From the IMG/VR virus record IMGVR_UViG_3300031813_000007, positions 1-64,000 of that record: a stretch of DNA of 64,000 nucleotides. The stretch is one strand, 5' to 3'. The position numbers and the translations under genes are program-made. Positions 31,991 to 40,816 of this stretch are shown in pieces. Source of the DNA: an uncultured virus (IMG/VR IMGVR_UViG_3300031813_000007) (Duplodnaviria; Heunggongvirae; Uroviricota; Caudoviricetes). Position 1 is the first letter of the stretch; the number at the start of each line of letters is the position of its first letter. The notes below the pieces were generated by a model. It saw nothing but the letters and a program-made list of their open reading frames with translations. It was not told the DNA's origin and did no database searches.

Positions 31991-32066
31991 TGTTATGCCG
32001 GGTTCTAGCCGGTACGCAGTGGGTGCTGCATAAACTCTCCGCATGAGAGTGTATGAAAGTATTTAT
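31991..32066 (-). promoter_or_regulatory. late promoter plus structured 5' leader
   Basis: TATAAATA followed by three hairpins before the AAGGA SD. Confidence 0.55.
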
Positions 32067-32091
32067 ACTTTTTGCGTAAAAATGAGGATGG

Positions 32092-32649
32092 TTACTGGCT
32101 GATGCCGCCGTTTGCTGGGTCAATATTTACACCAGATGTTCCAGTATAAGCATAAGGCATACCCAACTCAGTGACTGAGAAAGGTGCGGCTGTTGCACCT
32201 GATACATTCAAGAATGAAATAATGTTACCTTGCCCCACATAGAAGCTACGTTCAACTGTGTTTGCTGGAATGATTTCGCTATTTGCAGTTGCAACAGCAT
32301 AAGGAACACCGTATGGATTAAAAGTTGCTCCTGCCCCAGAGATTGCCACATTGGCATTTGCAGTGAGAGTTAAACTTGTGTTATTGGCTATTGATTTTAC
32401 GATACCTACAGTTACTCCTGTAGCGTTTCCAATCCATGCACCAACATTTAACTGTGTAAAAAATGAAGAGCTTGATCCAGTTACAATATTGCTTGAGGTA
32501 TTGGCAGTTACCGTGCCAGTTACAGCAACGTTAGGATAACTCGCTACAACTTGAATAGGCGAAGATGTAGTTGCAATTCTGACCTTATCAGTCTGAATGT
32601 TTGCAGTTGCCTGTGCCGTTGAGTTTGCTGTGTATACGTAAGATGCCAT
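32092..32649 (-). CDS. virion structural protein
   Basis: T/A/N-rich; AGAGGA SD; TAAATA upstream. Confidence 0.7.
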   Translation of the reverse strand: MASYVYTANSTAQATANIQTDKVRIATTSSPIQVVASYPNVAVTGTVTANTSSNIVTGSSSSFFTQLNVGAWIGNATGVTVGIVKSIANNTSLTLTANANVAISGAGATFNPYGVPYAVATANSEIIPANTVERSFYVGQGNIISFLNVSGATAAPFSVTELGMPYAYTGTSGVNIDPANGGISQ

Positions 32650-32682
32650 TTTTGTTTATTCCTCTAAACTTATTTATTCTTA

Positions 32683-34752
32683 TTAGTCATAAGTTGCGTT
32701 GAGTGTGTACCACTGTCCGCCCGGAGCAGTTGCATTTGTTGTGCAAATAAAATCAAGTCTTGATCCTGCTGGCTGAGCATATGCTACGTTTGCGGATTGC
32801 GAGTTAATAATACCATTACCTAATGGATACACGTTCAGTATGTTTGCTGAAGTGTTTAAGATTGTAATACGATATCCTGCAACTGCTGTAGGGAGCGACA
32901 CACCATTTGCTCCAGATGATACCGTAGATACTACGTTAAAATCATTTGTCAGAGCAGTTGCTGTTCCCTGAGTTGACCCCGCTGCTGAAACCGCTCCCGC
33001 CACACTGAATATATGATGCGAAGTTGCAGATACGTTACCAACAGAAACGTTGCCAGTTACACTCAATGTAGTCAATATGCCAATAGATGTCAAATTAGTG
33101 GCAGTGGTCAAGTTCGGTTGTGAGGAAGTAGTGATTGTTCCAGCAGTTGTAGCTGATCCGGCTGTAGTTGCTGTAGTAGCACTTCCCGCACTTGTTGCAT
33201 ATGTTGCATTTGCCACAGGACCGCTTACATTAGAACCGGCTACTGAGTTTGCAATTGTTGCATATGCCACAGGACCACTTACATTAGAACCAGCTACTGA
33301 GTTTGCAGTTGTTGCATATGTTACTGGACCACTGACATTAGCGCCCGTAATAGAGCTAAGTGCTGCACCATTACCAAAATGATTACCCGTTATATTAGCA
33401 CCAGATATATTGCCAGTTGCTATTAATATATTGGTGCCTAGATTTCCAACATTTGCATTTCCGGAAATAGTCAACGTGGTTCCGGAATGCAAGTTTCCGT
33501 AAATATTACCGTTGGTATCTCTTACGACGATGGTATTTGCTGCAATGGTGATTGTTGGGTTATAGCCATCCACCAAGTCAGCATTTAAATTGGCTACCTT
33601 TGTAGACGAGTTGACTGTCAATGGAGCAGTGCCATTTGCAATGTTTGAAGCAAACGAAACGGCAGAAACAACGGCAGTAGAATTTAGATTACCTACGTTT
33701 GCGTTCCCATTAACAGTTAGGATATTATTAGCAAAATCAAATGTGAAGGTTGACGCTGATCCAAGGATACCGGCATCATTGAACTGCACTTGAGTGTTTG
33801 TTCCAGCGGCAACAGTTCCTCCCGATCCACCACCAACCAAAGATGTTATTTGTCCACCAGTTTCATAAACACTTGCGGAAAGTCCATTTGCTGTTTGAAG
33901 GGCAAGAACTGGACCAGCCGTGCCATTAGGATATACATTACTGGAAATCGTAATGGTTGTGCCGGTTGGTATGGAATTAATATAATATGTGGTATTATTG
34001 AGAATGCCACTAGTTGACATATTACCAACAAACTGAACCGGTTTGTTTACTGAAAGTACGGCACTGTTTCCTACTGTTACAGTATTAACACTAGTTGTAG
34101 TATTTGATACAGTAGTATAAGCATATGCATTATAAGAAGAAGTGTTTAATGTACTGGAAGATGCCGCAGCGTCAGTATATAGAGCAAAAGTTGTCGGAGT
34201 CAATACGTTTGCATAGTATGAATTTCCATTCAACTGAGTCATTCCTTGAGACCCAGTAATGGTTACCGCTGCACCTTTTGTTAAATTATGATTGGAAGTT
34301 GTTGTTACGACACCCGGATTTGCCTGTGTAACGTTTTCTATGAATGCAAGTAATGTTCCCTTTGGGGTCCATGAAAGATTTCCCAATCCATCAGTTTGCA
34401 AAATATAACCAATTGCACCACCACTGATGCTAACATTTGAAATATTACCAAGATTAATATTTCCACCAGCATTTCCGCCACTATTTACCCAGTTAGTCCC
34501 GTCATATGCCAATATTTCTCCTGCCGCTATAGTGACAGGATTCATGTTTAGATTTCCTATACTTCCATCAATTTGACTGAAGGCAATATTGGAATATGCG
34601 GTCAAAACTTCTACGTTTTGGTTTGGTGATGTCTTACCGATGAACAGACGGTTGTTGTCGGAAGCCCAACCGAACTCACCTTCGTCAAGTTGTGGCAGGT
34701 CTACTAGGTTGCCTGATCGTTGCTGGAGTTTCGAAATCTGTAAAATTGACAT
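32683..34752 (-). CDS. tail fibre with Mtd-N-like N-terminus
   Basis: MSILQISKLQQRSG..LPQLDEGEFGWASD..RLFIG; C-terminal domain paralogous to that of 6301..10785. Confidence 0.75.
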   Translation of the reverse strand: MSILQISKLQQRSGNLVDLPQLDEGEFGWASDNNRLFIGKTSPNQNVEVLTAYSNIAFSQIDGSIGNLNMNPVTIAAGEILAYDGTNWVNSGGNAGGNINLGNISNVSISGGAIGYILQTDGLGNLSWTPKGTLLAFIENVTQANPGVVTTTSNHNLTKGAAVTITGSQGMTQLNGNSYYANVLTPTTFALYTDAAASSSTLNTSSYNAYAYTTVSNTTTSVNTVTVGNSAVLSVNKPVQFVGNMSTSGILNNTTYYINSIPTGTTITISSNVYPNGTAGPVLALQTANGLSASVYETGGQITSLVGGGSGGTVAAGTNTQVQFNDAGILGSASTFTFDFANNILTVNGNANVGNLNSTAVVSAVSFASNIANGTAPLTVNSSTKVANLNADLVDGYNPTITIAANTIVVRDTNGNIYGNLHSGTTLTISGNANVGNLGTNILIATGNISGANITGNHFGNGAALSSITGANVSGPVTYATTANSVAGSNVSGPVAYATIANSVAGSNVSGPVANATYATSAGSATTATTAGSATTAGTITTSSQPNLTTATNLTSIGILTTLSVTGNVSVGNVSATSHHIFSVAGAVSAAGSTQGTATALTNDFNVVSTVSSGANGVSLPTAVAGYRITILNTSANILNVYPLGNGIINSQSANVAYAQPAGSRLDFICTTNATAPGGQWYTLNATYD

Positions 34753-34811
34753 AAGAGTATGTTTCACCCATTTGAATATACTCTTATTTATGCTTTACAG
34801 AACGGAAACCT

Positions 34812-35525
34812 TTAAACAAACTGAGAGTAGTATTTCTCTAGTCTGGAATACCACATATCGGTATATTTGTCAAATTCATTACCTTCAATAATGAATTCCA
34901 TATACTGTGGCTTAGTCCACACGTTATCCAGAAGTTCTGGCTTGATGCACATAAATATTACCCCTTTGCGAATCTTTGTTCCATATACTTCATTGTGTGC
35001 TAATGCGTATGCTGAGGTCTGAACAAAGTAATCATCAATCCACTCGCGTTTCTTTATCTTGTTGGATTGTTTGTGGTCCATGATAGCTTCTGCTCCTTCA
35101 TGGACGCCACATAGGTCAGTCGTTCCTGCATATACCTCTGGGAAATGTAGGGATACTTCTGTACCCCAAAACTCATCACACTTACTTAATCCATTTGTGA
35201 TGATTTCGTTCGCCATTAAATGACTTTGCTGACTATATGGATTGCTTCCGGGTTCTCCGATGATATCCAATTTGATAAAGTCTTCAATCCATTTGTGCAT
35301 ACGAGTACCTCTACTGGCAGCTTCATTTGTGATAGCCTGTGCCTGTTTGTGACCGACACGATTTCGCCAGTTATTTAATGCTCGTTTAGTTTCTTCTGAT
35401 TTGGTTGCATCCAAGATCGTAGTTACACTAGGAACTTTGGAACCATCTGGAGTTAGATACCGACGCGATCCGTCAACATTAACCCTCTTCATTTCTGCGT
35501 AGGGGAATTTTTGAGTTATAGCCAT
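34812..35525 (-). CDS. PD-(D/E)XK exonuclease
   Basis: PSVTTIL, RGTRMH, YAGTTD, DHKQS and YFVQ..AYA motifs. Confidence 0.9.
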   Translation of the reverse strand: MAITQKFPYAEMKRVNVDGSRRYLTPDGSKVPSVTTILDATKSEETKRALNNWRNRVGHKQAQAITNEAASRGTRMHKWIEDFIKLDIIGEPGSNPYSQQSHLMANEIITNGLSKCDEFWGTEVSLHFPEVYAGTTDLCGVHEGAEAIMDHKQSNKIKKREWIDDYFVQTSAYALAHNEVYGTKIRKGVIFMCIKPELLDNVWTKPQYMEFIIEGNEFDKYTDMWYSRLEKYYSQFV

Positions 35526-35564
35526 TTGTTGATTATACTATCAATATACTGAAATGTCAATATA

Positions 35565-35897
35565 TTATTTTTTCATTGCCGATTTTGCCATATTGGCGAC
35601 TGTTTTTTGGTTATCGTCCTGAGGCGCTTCGGCTGGGGCAGGCTCATGACCCTTGAAAACTACCCTATCACCTTCAATGTTACTGATAAGGGATTTCAAT
35701 GGATTTACCTTAATCATGTTGTATAGATCGTTTTTGTCAAGAATAACATCATACATTTGAAAGTATTCAAGAAGATCATCAACCGAAAAGTTATCAGGAT
35801 CGCCCTCACCATTATCAATATCATGCTTCAACTGGTTAGTCAAAGCAATGATTTTTGATACCTGAGCACTATCCTGATTGAACTCAAAAAGAAACAT
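35565..35897 (-). CDS. hypothetical late protein
   Basis: 110-aa ORF starting MFLFE. Confidence 0.7.
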   Translation of the reverse strand: MFLFEFNQDSAQVSKIIALTNQLKHDIDNGEGDPDNFSVDDLLEYFQMYDVILDKNDLYNMIKVNPLKSLISNIEGDRVVFKGHEPAPAEAPQDDNQKTVANMAKSAMKK

Positions 35898-35900
35898 CCG

Positions 35901-36659
35901 TTATCTCTTTGGGCGACCTGCGCCACCCATTCTTGGATTTGGTTCTCTTTCTTCTGGCTTCTTTGAAGGGATATTTGGGATTGGAGGAAGTTCAGTATCA
36001 GCGTCGGAATCCATGTCCATATCCATGTCAGCACCAAGAGCATCTTCGTCACCGGCAAGATCGGCACCCATTTCAGCACCCATATCTCCGCCGAAACCAC
36101 CCATATCACCTTGACCAGTGATGCTATTCAATGCACTCTTGAGTGTTGCCTGAGTTTCTTGAAGTGAGGCATTGAGGGATGCAAGAGCCTCAGATACTTG
36201 TGAGTTAAACTGTTCGCTTTCGTTGGCACCGATTTCAGACTGAATTGAATCTGAAAGTGCTGGGAGTTCCTTAACGAGCATGTCGCTAACTTCTTCAACC
36301 ATCTTCTGTACTGAGTCAACCATATCCTGTGCAGCAAGAATGACCTGTGATTTTTCAACTTCTTCGTTTTCAACCACAATGCGTGGCTTAGGCATAGAGT
36401 TTAAATAATCAAGACGGCTTGTGAGCGCCTGTTCCATGAACACAAGCTTCATGTGAGTTGGATTTGAGTGATTTCTGTGGAAATCATGTGACTGTCTTGA
36501 TTCTTTAATCAAGCCACGCACCTTGGAAAGCATAGTGCGCGTAGTTGACTTATCCATCTTTGATGTATTGAAGTTATGCGCAAAGTTTTCCTTCAAGGCT
36601 CTGCTTGCAACGTTCTTTTTATCTAGGTCATTAAGGTTCATAGTGGTTAACTCTTCCAT
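35901..36659 (-). CDS. acidic head-internal/scaffold-like protein
   Basis: Coiled coil plus acidic tail; alternative start at 36641. Confidence 0.6.
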   Translation of the reverse strand: MEELTTMNLNDLDKKNVASRALKENFAHNFNTSKMDKSTTRTMLSKVRGLIKESRQSHDFHRNHSNPTHMKLVFMEQALTSRLDYLNSMPKPRIVVENEEVEKSQVILAAQDMVDSVQKMVEEVSDMLVKELPALSDSIQSEIGANESEQFNSQVSEALASLNASLQETQATLKSALNSITGQGDMGGFGGDMGAEMGADLAGDEDALGADMDMDMDSDADTELPPIPNIPSKKPEEREPNPRMGGAGRPKR

Positions 36660-36674
36660 GTTGTTATCTATTTA

Positions 36675-37163
36675 TCATAGATATCTAAAATTTTGGTGCT
36701 CCGATTTATGGAACTTCTGTTCCTGTATCCTCTTAGAAGTATTTATATGATAACTTATTTCTTCTAACATTAAGTTCTGTTTTAAGAGGTCTTCTTCTAT
36801 CTTTACCACATAAAGAAATCGTGTGGACGGTGTAGTTGAGTTCTTGAGAAGCCTTGCGTGATTTTCTATATCCATTTTGATACTACTCAGCTTCAAGTCC
36901 AGCATTACCATTCGTCTTGCTTCCTTGAATCTTCCTGCATTATGTAGAGTGCACCAAGAAGCAGCGTGTATTAAAGATGAAAACTCGTATTCCTCCACAT
37001 GCTTTGGTGTAAATGCTTTGAACCCTTTAGATAATGCTGGCATGATAGTATATTTCCCAAAAAGAGAATACTTTCCCTGCTTGTCACATGTTATCAGTAT
37101 GTCCTTAATATCAGATTTAAGTCCATGCTCAAATATCTCATCAAGTTTTGCTACGTTTTTCAT
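36675..37163 (-). CDS. hypothetical protein
   Basis: Coupled ORF. Confidence 0.7.
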   Translation of the reverse strand: MKNVAKLDEIFEHGLKSDIKDILITCDKQGKYSLFGKYTIMPALSKGFKAFTPKHVEEYEFSSLIHAASWCTLHNAGRFKEARRMVMLDLKLSSIKMDIENHARLLKNSTTPSTRFLYVVKIEEDLLKQNLMLEEISYHINTSKRIQEQKFHKSEHQNFRYL

Positions 37164-37606
37164 ATCACCTCAAAGTAAACGTTTTTCAACTCGTCTGATA
37201 CGTCAAGGAAAGAAGGCATTTTTTCTATTTGATCCTTGCATTGTATCATTGGAACACCTTCACAATCTCTATAAAGTGATCCCAATGGAGTGATTCCATT
37301 TTCAAATACACTGCTGTGATGAATCTCAAACTCAAATCTCCAACAGTAGCTTGGTTTATCTTCTGAGTATTCGTATAAAAACCCAAATCGTGCAAAATCA
37401 TCTTCTTTTATTTCCAGTCTTATGGGAAGTTTAATGACTTCCGGCTGTGAACGTAAAGAGATAACTTGTAAAAGTGTATCAAAGTTACATTGCGTATTGC
37501 GACGATGAATCCATTCTTCAATGTCATCAACATTGGGCTTTGAACGATTCATTACACCAGTTTGAGTAATATCAAAAAGTGTATAGGCGGCGATGCGATG
37601 TGACAT
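37160..37606 (-). CDS. hypothetical late protein
   Basis: TAAATA-N5-ATG start. Confidence 0.75.
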   Translation of the reverse strand: MSHRIAAYTLFDITQTGVMNRSKPNVDDIEEWIHRRNTQCNFDTLLQVISLRSQPEVIKLPIRLEIKEDDFARFGFLYEYSEDKPSYCWRFEFEIHHSSVFENGITPLGSLYRDCEGVPMIQCKDQIEKMPSFLDVSDELKNVYFEVI

Positions 37607-37624
37607 ATATGTATTTAGAGCAAC

Positions 37625-37656
37625 AAAAAACCCGAGGAAAAATCCTCGGGTTTCTT
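37625..37656 (-). terminator. intrinsic terminator
   Basis: AAACCCGAGGA..TCCTCGGGTTT stem with U-tract on the minus strand. Confidence 0.85.
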
Positions 37657-37678
37657 ATTCTTGCGATAGGTTTTAAAC

Positions 37679-38065
37679 TTAGTTGTCTGAACCTGCAATG
37701 AAAGTTGCACCTGCAGTAACAGTTGCGCCTGCTGCCCAACCTGCATTAGTTACAAGTGAAGTTGCAAGAGCAGTGTTGTTTACGGCACCTACTGGGTATG
37801 AAGCGAAAGCAAAAGTTGCGTTAGCTGTGTTACCATACTGATAGATGTAGATAGTTGAAAGCTGCTGAATAGTCTGAACACCAGCAAGAATCTGAGTGCC
37901 AGTCAAAGCGCCATTTGCAGTTGCAGTGAAGAACTCAAGCTTTGGACCCTGTGGCTGAACTGCTACGTTTGGAGTTACAGCATTGATACCTGAGTTGGTA
38001 TATGCTGGGGAGTCCAAGTGCATTACTGGAAGAAAGTCACCATTGACCTTTGTAAACTGTGCCAT
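37679..38065 (-). CDS. small virion (capsid decoration-like) protein
   Basis: Strong SD, own late promoter and terminator; A/T/G-rich. Confidence 0.6.
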   Translation of the reverse strand: MAQFTKVNGDFLPVMHLDSPAYTNSGINAVTPNVAVQPQGPKLEFFTATANGALTGTQILAGVQTIQQLSTIYIYQYGNTANATFAFASYPVGAVNNTALATSLVTNAGWAAGATVTAGATFIAGSDN

Positions 38066-38142
38066 TTTATTTTTCCTTTAAATATGTGAGCATCATGCTC
38101 ATACATTTATTTATCTTTTTGCACAAAAAAGGGTGTTTTAGG

Positions 38143-39288
38143 TTATTTTCCAGCAAGATTTTGTCGTGAGAATCCAAGACGATCAACAAACTTGAGTCCT
38201 TGAGCCACAAATCCTTCTTGGGATGATCTTCCGTCCGCCAAATGACCACGAACAGGGCTTGATTCTGCTGCTTTGTTAAGCTGATTTACCACGTCCATCT
38301 TGAGATTATATAGCGCGGCCCAAATCTTGAATGCGCCAATGATACCTTGTTTATGTTGGTTCAGGTGTTGAGCAATCTTAGCTTTCATCGCTGGTGACAT
38401 TTTTCTGGCTTCCACAAAATCCATGAAATCACGTGCAAGATTTGTAAGGCTACCAGACACAATCTTTTTGTTAACAAAAACAGTAAACAACTGATTGAAT
38501 GTTTTGCGTGACTGGGGCGCGGTTGTCATCAGTTCACGAACAGCCTCACCATATTGTGCCAATGCGTTTTCAGCAGCTTTCTTTAAGGTATTGTTAATCT
38601 TTAACTTTGGAGTCATTGGCATTTTGCTCGGAACAATAGCAACATTTGAAGCATTTTGTAGATTGCCAATAGAACCATCCAATGATACCGCTTGATCAGT
38701 TGTTATAGCATCAGCAGGAATGAACTGGTGAACGGCAATTGCTGCTTCTTTACCTGCAAGAAGCTTGCCAACTTCGCTATCAGCATCAACTTCGTATGCA
38801 ATACCATTTGGGTTTGCTTTGAACTTGTATACTCCACCATGATCTTCTAGTGGGTGGGCAAACAGTAAATCTCCCCAATAATACCCATTTCCAGCACGAT
38901 CATCTTTTTCAAGCCCTTGCCATAAGCGGGCGATCACTTCGTGCAAATCACTGCGATCTACCCCACGCTTTGCATCATATTGCGCAAAAGCTTGTGGACT
39001 GAATACTTCGCGACCGGTGCCGTCTTTTTTATTGAACATGTGCTTATCCATGATAGAAAACTTCCCATCAGGTCCGCGTCCAAAAATCAAAGCTGGATAT
39101 CCATCCCATTTGATGGTGATTGATTGTGGATTTTCTACCGTAGCAGAAATCGCATCAATAGCCCGTCTTGCACCCTGTTCATCCCCGATGAATACCAAAT
39201 CCTCTGGATGCTCAAGGTGTCCTTTACCTTCAGCAATCACAGTATTGATTGTTTCCATCTTAGTGATTAGGTCACGAATATCGGTCAT
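38143..39288 (-). CDS. DUF6267-like protein, ligase-type nucleotidyltransferase candidate
   Basis: HLEHPED, TIKWDG, GDLLF, EGFV and KFVDR motifs. Confidence 0.65.
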   Translation of the reverse strand: MTDIRDLITKMETINTVIAEGKGHLEHPEDLVFIGDEQGARRAIDAISATVENPQSITIKWDGYPALIFGRGPDGKFSIMDKHMFNKKDGTGREVFSPQAFAQYDAKRGVDRSDLHEVIARLWQGLEKDDRAGNGYYWGDLLFAHPLEDHGGVYKFKANPNGIAYEVDADSEVGKLLAGKEAAIAVHQFIPADAITTDQAVSLDGSIGNLQNASNVAIVPSKMPMTPKLKINNTLKKAAENALAQYGEAVRELMTTAPQSRKTFNQLFTVFVNKKIVSGSLTNLARDFMDFVEARKMSPAMKAKIAQHLNQHKQGIIGAFKIWAALYNLKMDVVNQLNKAAESSPVRGHLADGRSSQEGFVAQGLKFVDRLGFSRQNLAGK

Positions 39289-40538
39289 TTTTTACCTTGA
39301 GCTTGAGCTTGAGCCATATATTTTGCGAATAACTCTGGATTGTTCTTTTTTATTGCATCAAGTTGAGCAAATGTTTCTTTATCCGCAGATGCGTTTGGTG
39401 TGGATTGATATCCACCGGCACCAAAGTTATTGATACCAGATAAGCCTGTCTGGCTTGATCCGCCACTTTGCTTTGAAGATTTAGAAGTTGCTGGACCAGA
39501 AATAGCATATGCTGCCTTGGCAAGCTGCTTTATAGCCGCTTTACCTTTGTCTCTTCCCCAAGAATATTCTATGTTTTGGAGCAATGGAATGACTCTCTGT
39601 TTATATTTTTCCCAGTTAGTACCTTGCATATAACCCTCAAACCAGTCAAGCATATATTGTCCTATAGACATCATTTCTGCTCCATCTTCTTCTCCGGCTT
39701 CCATGATGCTTTCAAAGATTGCATTAAGACGGCGATATTCACTTTCTGATAGCCCTGCTGCCTTCATTGCAAGCTTGTCTGCTGCTGTTCTTTGAAAGCC
39801 TGGCTTTGCCGCTGCTGCTTTTCCTGCTGCCTGAACATTCTGTGCGTTAGCAATGCCCTGTCTATGTTGCTGTGCTGCTGCTACAGTCTGTTGTGCAGAT
39901 GTTGGTGCTGCCTGTTTTGGAGCCTGTGCCGGGGCCGCTGGTTGTGCTGCTGGTTGTGCTGCTGGTTGTGCTGCTGGTTGTGCTGCTGGTTGTGCTGCTG
40001 GTTTTGCTTGATATCCCAATCCACCAGAAGTGATTCCCCCAGTTGCAGGGGCTGCTGTAGCTGGCTTAACCGTAGTAGTAACATTGTTAGACTTAAGGGC
40101 AGGTGCAGTTAATGGATTAGCCTGCGGCGCTGGTGGTGTCGCTTTTCTGACATTTGCTGATGTCGGGCTTCCATAGAAGTTTGCTGGCTTCTCATCAGTC
40201 GGCTCTGCTTGTGTGGGATTTTCTTCTGGTTCACCCGATGATGAATTTCCTTCTCCGCCACCTTGTGGCTGCTTGGAATGTGGCGTACCTATTTCAGCAT
40301 GATAGTCCGGATTAACTATACCACTTTTCACCGCATTTCTTAAAGAGTTGGATGCATCGTTAATAAAGTCTTTGAAAAACAAATCTTGGGTAAGCTGTTC
40401 TTTAGTGCCTTTCCCAGTAAGTGCCCCTTTAATAGCTGACACTGCATGATCACCAACAAGTGCTCTTGCTGCACCGCCAATAGCATCACCTAGACCTTCG
40501 TCTAGTTGTTCTGTTTTCTTGAACTCATTGATCTTCAT
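39285..40538 (-). CDS. low-complexity head-internal protein
   Basis: MKINEF...LDEG start; PAAQ repeats. Confidence 0.6.
   Translation of the reverse strand: MKINEFKKTEQLDEGLGDAIGGAARALVGDHAVSAIKGALTGKGTKEQLTQDLFFKDFINDASNSLRNAVKSGIVNPDYHAEIGTPHSKQPQGGGEGNSSSGEPEENPTQAEPTDEKPANFYGSPTSANVRKATPPAPQANPLTAPALKSNNVTTTVKPATAAPATGGITSGGLGYQAKPAAQPAAQPAAQPAAQPAAQPAAPAQAPKQAAPTSAQQTVAAAQQHRQGIANAQNVQAAGKAAAAKPGFQRTAADKLAMKAAGLSESEYRRLNAIFESIMEAGEEDGAEMMSIGQYMLDWFEGYMQGTNWEKYKQRVIPLLQNIEYSWGRDKGKAAIKQLAKAAYAISGPATSKSSKQSGGSSQTGLSGINNFGAGGYQSTPNASADKETFAQLDAIKKNNPELFAKYMAQAQAQGKK
39937..40003. repeat. 12-bp tandem repeat x5.5 (encodes PAAQ)
   Basis: GCTGGTTGTGCT perfect copies. Confidence 0.95.
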
Positions 40539-40773
40539 TTTTCTTCCTTATAGACTTTGAGAATCTTGATTGGTCCCTACCCTTGATTGCACTAAGCAGC
40601 TTTTTTTCAAGTAACTCTGCCTTTTCAGGAGAATAGTTTTTCTGCATCAACTCAATGAGATTTATTGCACTAGTTATGATGTTAGAAGCACGTGACTCAA
40701 TGATATTGTTAATATCACGAGAATCGCCATACGATTGTAGTTCTTCCAATAGGCTTTTAGTTTTCTTTTGCAT
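40525..40773 (-). CDS. hypothetical late protein
   Basis: 82-aa ORF; TAAATA upstream. Confidence 0.75.
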   Translation of the reverse strand: MQKKTKSLLEELQSYGDSRDINNIIESRASNIITSAINLIELMQKNYSPEKAELLEKKLLSAIKGRDQSRFSKSIRKKNEDQ

Positions 40774-40816
40774 TAGTGTAGGGGTCCTATAAGAGTATTT
40801 AGTCTAAAGGTATATT

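Noticed and set aside
34812..35525. Cas4/CRISPR system
   Set aside because: Ordinary phage PD-(D/E)XK exonuclease with no Fe-S cysteine set, no array and no other cas genes.
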